Positions 1 through 9,000 of a stretch of DNA of 53,549 nt are shown here, piece after piece. The notes under the pieces are model-generated. The model worked only from the letters and a program-made list of their open reading frames with translations. It had not been told where the DNA came from and did no database searches. Where the stretch lies: assembly GCA_964403535.1 (NCBI GenBank), contig CAYOFN010000002.1, positions 1 through 53,549 on the forward strand, given 5' to 3'. This DNA is from Candidatus Woesearchaeota archaeon. GTDB lineage: Archaea; Nanobdellota; Nanobdellia; Pacearchaeales; GW2011-AR1. The translations under genes and the position numbers were made by a program. Within the stretch, counting starts at the first letter, position 1. Every line of letters starts with the position of its first letter.

Positions 1-3000
1 TCCAATATAACCAGCATAACCAATTGGATATTTTACTTTTACAATAGGAGCAGTTGTATCATTTATGATTAGACTAAAAACATCTTTGTAATTATTTCCT
101 AAACTTGCATTAAAACTATGATTTTTGCTGAGATAACTTGAATTAAGAGCGTAAATATTATATAATGAGAAATAGCTTCTTGTCCCCCCTGTATTCACAT
201 AATCAATAATCTCACCAAGTTGCGAATATCCTGTTTCATCTGTATTTAAATTAAAATTATATGCTCCTGTCCGATTATATGCGGTTATATTCGCTTCTGA
301 AACATTACTCCCTGCAGAATTGTTTACATGAGCTTTATACCACCATTTTCTTGTTAAACTCGAACCTGTTCCAACAATCTCTTTGGTGAGATCATAACTC
401 ATATTAATCAGAGTATTATTAGTAGAAGTTCCTGTTACATTAATCACATCAGAAGAAGTTTCATATACTCTCACATTCTCAACAATATTATTGTCAGAAT
501 CAGTAAAAAAAATCAAAGGAATCAGTGATTTATTTATACTCCCTCCAGTTACTCTATTACTCCCCCCACCCCCATTAAAAGTGAGACATCCAAACACTTG
601 AGTACAATTCCAGATAGTTATATTTGTAAGATTATTTTTTTGTCCGAAGACAAACATTCCATAATAACTATTTGATTTTAGAACAAGCCCATTAAATGTA
701 TTTTTATCAGCTGCACCAAGACTAATACCATTAATTAGATTATCACTTGAAGTGATGTTTGTAATATTATCATAATCACTGTTTTGTAGATATATCCCCT
801 CCCCAAAACTATTTATATATCCATTTTTAATTGTGATATTGTTATAGAGATTTGTATAAATCCCATAATCAGTTGTTCCAACTCTGTCCCCAGTTATATT
901 AAACCCATTTAAATCAATTGTTACATTATGAGCATAAACATTAATACAGGTTCCTGTTGAACTAATATTATTTCTTAAGACATATGTCCTGTTTGCTGTT
1001 ACAATATTTCTACAAGAAGTTATATTTGTGCTAAAATCAACAAAAAATTCAATTTCTTCAGTATTATTTACACTCCCCCCAGTATCATTGCACCAAAAGT
1101 TAGCAGTATAGCTTCCATCTTTCATTGAGGAATTAGTAAAATTAAAAAAAGTAGTGTTTGATTTAGTCATTGAATAATTATTTACAAAATTATCTAAACT
1201 AAATGTGCAAAAACTCAAGTCCCTATTTCCAGAAACATTAAAGTCAATTATATTATTGGTATAAGTAGTATTTGAAGGAGATTTTATTGTTAATCCAGGT
1301 AAAGAAATTGTAATATTTCTTTTTTCAGTCTTATTCCCTCCGTTTTCATTTGTAGCAAATGCCTGGTAAGAATAAATTCCAAAATCCAAACCATCTGTAG
1401 AATTTTTGCTTTGATTAATATACAAATTCCATTTGTCAGTATCATATTTATTCAAATTCATCATATACATTTGATTAATTTCCGACTCTGAGAATGACTG
1501 ATTGATATAAAGTCTGTACTCATCCATTGTCCCATTATAGTAATCATCATCCATTGTGTCTTTACATCCAACTGTTAAATTTGCAAGATTGCTAATTGAA
1601 CCAGTGAAATCTGGATCATTTCCAACTCTCACTCCATCAAACCATAATTCAGTAGTATCTCCTCTTCTCTGTCCAACAACAAAATGCCATTCATTATTGC
1701 AAATTGGAGTTGCCCACTCAAGTGTAGAACCAGCATCAGTATCACTTATAAAATTTAAGGATAATAAATTTGGAGTTCCATACCCTCCTATCTCCATCTT
1801 ATACATTATATTCCCCGGACTGGTCAAAGTGCTTCCTTTTCTGCTTAAGTCTGTGTCTGTTGTATAATTGCAATTTAACCACATCATCATAGCAAAATCA
1901 GCAGCATATGGATTTAATGAGTCACTGTGCGGAACAAAAAAACACTCTCCGTTTGAATTATAATCAGGAGTAGTAAATTTAAAAGCTCCTCCAAACTTTC
2001 CTTCAGGAACCCAGTCTGGTGAATGTGCTTTTGCTGGAGCAGAAATATTAGTAAGATTTCCATTATTATGATAAGAAGACAGGTCATAAACTATAGTGTT
2101 TGGGAGATAACTTTCACCTAATGCAGACACATTATCAAAATTAAACCAGATTCTAAGGGAGTCGTTCATTATTGTGAAATTTGTTTCATTCCAACTCCAG
2201 ATAACTCCTGTAAGAGCACTGCCTGAGTCATTAATGCTTACATTTATCTCTATGCTTGTATTTTGCGTTGAACTCTCAGAAACAGGAGTTAATGAAGCAA
2301 ATGCAATTTTCGGTAGAGAAGGAGCATAACTTGTATTAACACTAAGAGTAAAATTACTTAGAGAAAAATTACACTGGCTTGCATTATCACACGCAAGGCA
2401 GTTCCAAATATATTTTTTATTATCAGTTAAATTCACTTTAAACATAGATTCATTGCTTATCCCACTCCTTTCTAGAGTTTGATTCAAATGCCATCCTCCA
2501 CTCCAATTTCCATATAAACTAATATTTTCAAGATTCTGGTCATCTGTAGCAGAACAATTAAAATTCAGACTTGAATTAATTGTAGAGATATTATTATTTG
2601 GCGGAGAATTCAGAGTTACATTTGGAAAGTAATCAACTCCAGGCACACCTGAAACTGTAATATTTCTTTCTTCAGTTTTTCTTCCTTCTCCTGCATTTGC
2701 AACAAATGCTTGGTAAGAATAAGTTCCTAAATCTAAACCATCTGTAGAATTTTTACTTTGGTTTATATACAAACTCCACTTGTCAGCATCGTACTTTCTT
2801 AAATTCATCATATACAATTGAGAAATCTCAGTTGAATTAAGAGATTTATTCCATATCATAAACTCATCAATTGTTCCATTCCAAGCTCCATTATTTACTA
2901 TAGGATTATTTTCTAATCCAACTCCAATTCCTACATCTACAGTATTTGTATTAATTGTCCCTCCAACACTGCCACTACTTTCATATGCTCCATCTACATA

Positions 3001-6000
3001 AATTGTGGCAGTGTTCCCATCATAAGTGACTGCACCATGATACCATTGATTATTATTTAGAGTAGTACTTCCTGCAAGACTATAATCAGTTCCAGCAGTA
3101 TGTTCTGCACAAAAAGAAAGCTTACTGCTAGCTAAACCAATAATCCAATTACAATCTAATACTCCTCCATCTCCTCCACCCCCACCTTTAGCAGTAACTA
3201 CATCTATATCATCACTAAAACAAGTTGAAAAAGCACAGGAACCATCACAACTAGCTCCTTTTCTTTTAAACCAAAAAGAAATTGTAAAATTAGTTAAATC
3301 CAGATTATCAGAGTCAGGAACATAAACTCTTTTTGTTTCTTTTCCATCAAACTCAAGTCCCTTACCATACTTTCCAGTTATATTTACAATTGGAGAGCTT
3401 AATGTTGCATTATTATCATTACCAGCAATATCAAGGGCAAGTGTAGCACTTTCACCAAGAGAAGATAAATTTTCAAAATTAAACATTAAAACTAAATCAT
3501 TCTCAAAAATAGTATGATTACTTCCATTCCAATTCCAAACTATTTTATTAAGTGGATTGAGTAGAGAATCAGTAATACTTACATTTATCTCTATGCTTGT
3601 ATTTTGTGTTGAAATCTCAGAAACAGGAGTTAGTGAAGTAAATGATACACCTAATCCTTGAAGAATATTAATCTCACTTGAATTCTTTTTTGCTCCATAA
3701 CCTGCAGGATTTCTAGGGGTTATCTCACATATCCATGTATCTCCTGCTGTGAGATTTCCAGAATCTAGAATATATGAAGCACTTTTATTATTCTCAACTT
3801 CCAGGCTTAGAGTGAAGTTTGTAACATTATTCTTAAACCAAGTCATATTCCCACTTAATGAACACCCCCCAGTAATTATAAATGAACAATTAAGATTATC
3901 ATCAGTCTCTGGAGAAATAGGAGAAATTTGAGGTGTTGTAGTTACAGGAACTCCACAAACATTTACACTTCTTTCTTCAGTTTGATTTAAATTTCCAACA
4001 ATATCCACAGCATAACCTGTAATTGTATGAGTATCTAATTCCAAATTTGTAAAATTATGAGAATACTTATATTCACTTGCATTATACAAACTTTGAATTT
4101 CTGCTGCTGAAAGTGAACGATTGAAAATAAGAATATCATCCAAACTTCCATTAAGCAAATTAGAAGTGGAATATCTACATCCAATAACACAATAAGTTGG
4201 GTCTGGAGAAACATAATCAACATCAGTATCTTTTGTAGCAAGAACATTTCCATTAAGATAGTGATATGCTCCTGTTCCATTAAACATTAAAACAAAATTA
4301 TTCCACTTCTCCCAACTCCATAAAGTTAAATTATTTTGACCAATACTAATGCTTCCATATGAGGTACTTGAATAAGAGTATAGTGCATTTCCACTTCTCC
4401 CAAATCTAATATAATTCCCCTCATTGCAAGCAAGAAAGTAATGAGCTCCTTCATCTGTTGAAATCTCCCTCACCCACAATGAGATTGTGAAATTTGAATT
4501 AGTTAAGTTAAATGGAGAACCAAGCTTAAGATAACTTCCAGATTTTCCATCAAACTCAAAACTTTTTCCATAAACCCCAGACTCATTTAAAGTAGCACCA
4601 CCAAGAGCACTTCCATTATTAGAAGAACTGCTTCTATCCAAAACATCTCCTGAGGAATTTAAATCATCCATTCTCCACCACCCAACTAAAGATTTATCAA
4701 ACTCAACAAATGAATAATGTTGATTTGCATCATCTGTAGATAAATTAACATAAATTGAGGTTGCACTTAGGTTTGAGTTATTTGCAGGAGTAGGCAGAGT
4801 AAAATTAATATCAGGAGCAACTGAATCATCTCCAATTCCACTTCCTGTTAAATTTTCAACTCTGTAATTTTCTCCTTCAATCTTTGCATAAACTCCACTA
4901 TTCCATGTTCCTGCTGAAGCTTCTGCTTCTGTAAATCTTATTATATTTGTACAGGTTTTATTTACATTATTTATCAAAAGTGCATCAGGACAAATGTAAA
5001 CTCCTTCATTAAGTGTATTTGGAACAAATAAAGTATGATTTGTAGCAATTCCAGTAACTTCAGATACATTAACAACTGTTTTAGTGTCTGTAGCTCTTAT
5101 TACTAATCTTGATAAATTAACACTCCCCTCTGCAAATAATCCATATACTTTTAATCTTTTTCCATAAACATCACTTGTAAAATTAATAAACTGACTTTCT
5201 GTATAATTCCAATTATTTACAAGAGTAAGATTAGTAGAACCATTTACAGAATAATTTCCTGTTTCTGCATCAACAGGACTAAGGAATGTTGAAGGAGCAA
5301 GATTAACACAAGTTCCATTCAGCCATATAGCCTCAGGATTGAAAACAGCTCCTGTAAAATTACTTGCACATAAAGTATAATTAAGAGTAATTTTTCCTTG
5401 AGGATTTACTGTTGAATTTGCAAGATAAATTCCAGATAAAGTTAAAGTCGGAGCAGTTATATTAATTCTTGCTGTTGTTCCGTTGTAGCCAGTTGCAGTC
5501 GCATTTCCAGTACTAGTAATTGAAGTTGTAGCATTGATGTAGATTGTGCCTGCTGAACCATCAGCACTAGTGCAGCAAGTTGTTCCCCAGTTTTCCTCTC
5601 CCGCAATATTTTCAATAATTGCACCAGTTAAGTCCAATGTGTTTGCATGAAGAGCAATCCGTCCACCACCTCCACCCGCAGCACTGGCTCTATCCCCATC
5701 ACCACCATTCGCTGAAACATAACTTGAGATAGTTAAATTATCAGCAACAATTAGTATGCTACCACCTGCGCTTCCGCTTCTGCTTGCATCTTCGTAAGAA
5801 CTTGCTGTTACATTGCCAAGTAAAACCACCTTTCCAGTAGCATTAATGAAAATAGCCCCCCCTCCAGTCACCCCCACACTGTAATAATTCTCACCGCCAC
5901 TCCCCAAACTTGTTGGCCATGCTTCAGAACCATAAGCAGGGTCACTACTCCCTCCACCTTTTCCACCATGGCTTGCACCAATAGCATTGCTGCTTGAACC

Positions 6001-9000
6001 GCCCGGACCCACAGTTGGTTCAAACCCTAGATGGTCTGCACTCAAAACAGAGTAAGAATCAACATATAAGTCAACTACATTTAAGACTACTCCAGTACCA
6101 TCTCCCTGGAAAGTCAAATTAGGCTGGAAATCCAGTGTTGCACCATTTGTAACATTAATTGTGTGAAATGTATGACCCCTCCCTGTCAATGCCATACTCT
6201 CTTTTATTGTGAGGTTTACATTAGCACCTTCAACTAAAGAAAGGGTTCCATGGTGGCCAGGCAGTGCAGTGCCTGATCCAGCATCTATCCCTCCAGAAAC
6301 ATCTATATCTCCTGCGAAAGTACTTGACAAATATTCAAGAGAGACTCTTCCCCCAGAGCCTCCACCACCCCCATTTGTACCTATGAAATTCCCTCCGTCT
6401 GCAAAAATGCTACCCTCTCCAGTAAGATTAGAAGAAATTATCCAGATACTTCCCCCCGAGCCTCCCCCTCTATCAACATTTTGCCCAGCAGAAGAGAGAT
6501 TTCCATTGACCACAATGTTCCCAGTTGCATTTATAAAAATAATTCCTCCCCCTGCACCTCCACCAATCCCACTATATATCCCGCCTCCACTACCAAAATC
6601 AGTGGGATGGGCAGCAGAACCATACACCTTATCCCAATCATACACTCCTGCTCCAAGACTTCCATAGCATCCTCCCCGACTATAAGTAGATGAGCCTCCA
6701 GGGCCAAGAGTCATCAACCACCCCAACCCATCTGTATAAATCTTCCCGCCAGATTGCACATCAACACTCTCAGCAGTTATGCTTATGTTTCCAGCAGTTA
6801 AATTTCCTCCAGATTGAATTGTTAGATTTCCAGAAAGATTTAAAACAAACCCGCATCCATGATTTGTTCCTAGGCAGTTTGTTTCTGTGTTTTGCAATGC
6901 CCCCCCGTTTTTTATTATCATATTATTCGCAGAAAAAACATATCCATCTGTAATCAGATGTTCTGATGTGATATTGCAGGTTGTTTGCTCATCTCCTTCA
7001 TCACATCCTGTCTCAATTAACAAACTGTTTTCAACAAAAGTTTCTTTATATCCTCCTTTTGTGCAACTTATATTATAAGAATAATTCACATTAGGGATAA
7101 TTGATTTTTCAGATTCCCATAATTTAGTTAAAAAATTCCAGGACATATCATATGATGTTGAGTCATTAAAATTAATAGTGCAAAATGCATTTTGAAAAAC
7201 ATCAACATACCCATTTTTAGAAACAACTGCAAAATCTAAAATCCCATCACCATTAAAATCCAGAGAATCAATCGCAGGCTGTTTTCCTGCAGTTGTTCCT
7301 ATGTCTCCAAGATTAAGAGGATATCTTAGAATAAGACCGCCAGTATAATTGAATATAAAAACCTCATCATTTGCACCTCCTGCAATAATTTCATCTATTC
7401 CATCTGCATCAAAGTCTGCAGTATAAATAGAATATATTGCAATTGCAGTACCTGTTCCATCAATATCATAAGTCCAGTTGTGCGCTGTTAGTTTTTCAGC
7501 ATCTGTTAAATCATATAAATCAAGCATATCTACCTCTCCCCAATTATAAGCACCAGTGGTTCCATAAATCAACTTCTTATCACCATTTGGATATTGATAT
7601 TCCATAATCTCATTTCCCTGAGCATCTGAAAATCCTCCTCTCCATAATCTAGTTCCATTATAAGAGAAGATTTTTATTCCAGTAGCACCCCTACCATAAC
7701 CTGTGATAACTATCTCTTTTCCAGCACTTGTAGAATTATACTCGCCTGCATGAATTGCCATGGGGACATAGTTAGAGCCATTAGACAGTTGAGCCCCACT
7801 ACTTCCGTTATATACAAAATGATAATTCCTTGTAATAATAATCGGGTCATCATAACCATCTCCATCCAAATCAATTGCATAAATCTCGTGCCCGTAAGAG
7901 CCTGTTGCATCTCCTGTATTTGCACTCCATTTTAAACTCCATGAAGTCCCATCACTTGTATTAAAAGCATATACCCATGGAGGAGAAGCTAGTTTAGAAG
8001 CAACAATATCATTCTCAAACCCATTTCCATCTAAATCAACAATATCAATAGAGCCAACATCTCCTCCAAGAGTATAACTCCAAACCTGGCTTCCTGTTTC
8101 ATCAAAAACCCTGACATAATCTCCTGTTTCTGCAGAAACAATGTCATTCTCAAATCCATCCCCATCCAGGTCCCCTACTTCAATCTGATAAATACTCCAG
8201 CTTGCCTCATCCCCTGGCCAGCTTCCAGAAGTTATTTCTGAACCATTGGGATAAAACGCCCTTAACCCTGCATTTGCCTGAGCTACTCCCACAACAATGC
8301 AGTTCTTTTTGCCAGAATTCAAACAATCAAAAGAAGCAAGCGAATAAGCACCATTGCTGGAGTCTATATCCAGACTATCCCATACTGTTTGCCCTAATCC
8401 AGCAAGTTCAAGATTATCTTTTGTAAAATTTGCTTTAAAAGTTATTGTGGGTCCATCAATATCCTGTGATAAGACAATAGAAGCATCATCATATAATGAA
8501 ACTACAACATTATCACTTAAACTTGCATTCTGATATGTTCCTGTTGAATCAAAGCATGAAACATTATAAGAATAATTGCCCACAGGTATACAAGAGTGTC
8601 CTGTTTTATATCCACAATCACCATAAAACTCATACTGGTTTGTTGTATCATTAAATAACATTTCTCCAAGAGGAAGCCAAAATCCAGTCTTATTATTAGA
8701 AATATTACATTTATATGAAGAGCCATTTAAACTGCTCCCTGTAAAATTTGTGAAATTCGCATAAAATCTTGTGAGATTTGTATATACTATTGAGGCATCA
8801 GAATCATCCCAGATTGTTAAATTAGAATTAGATGTATTCATACTAGGGTCAACAATATAATCATACTCAACATCTTCAATTGATTTTAAGTCAAATGTAG
8901 GGTAACTCTCATTATCTCCTAAATTACTAAGATAAATCTTATACCAATTCTCTTGATTTATATTCTCAAATCTTGCAATCTCCTCATTATCTCCTTCTCT

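Noticed and set aside
6209-6667. 152-aa Pro-rich + strand ORF (PPPPP runs) and neighbouring + strand ORFs at 6481-7078
   Set aside because: They are the antisense reading of the Gly-rich (GGx) repeats of the giant minus-strand ORF. Pro codons (CCN) mirror Gly codons (GGN). There is no independent support.
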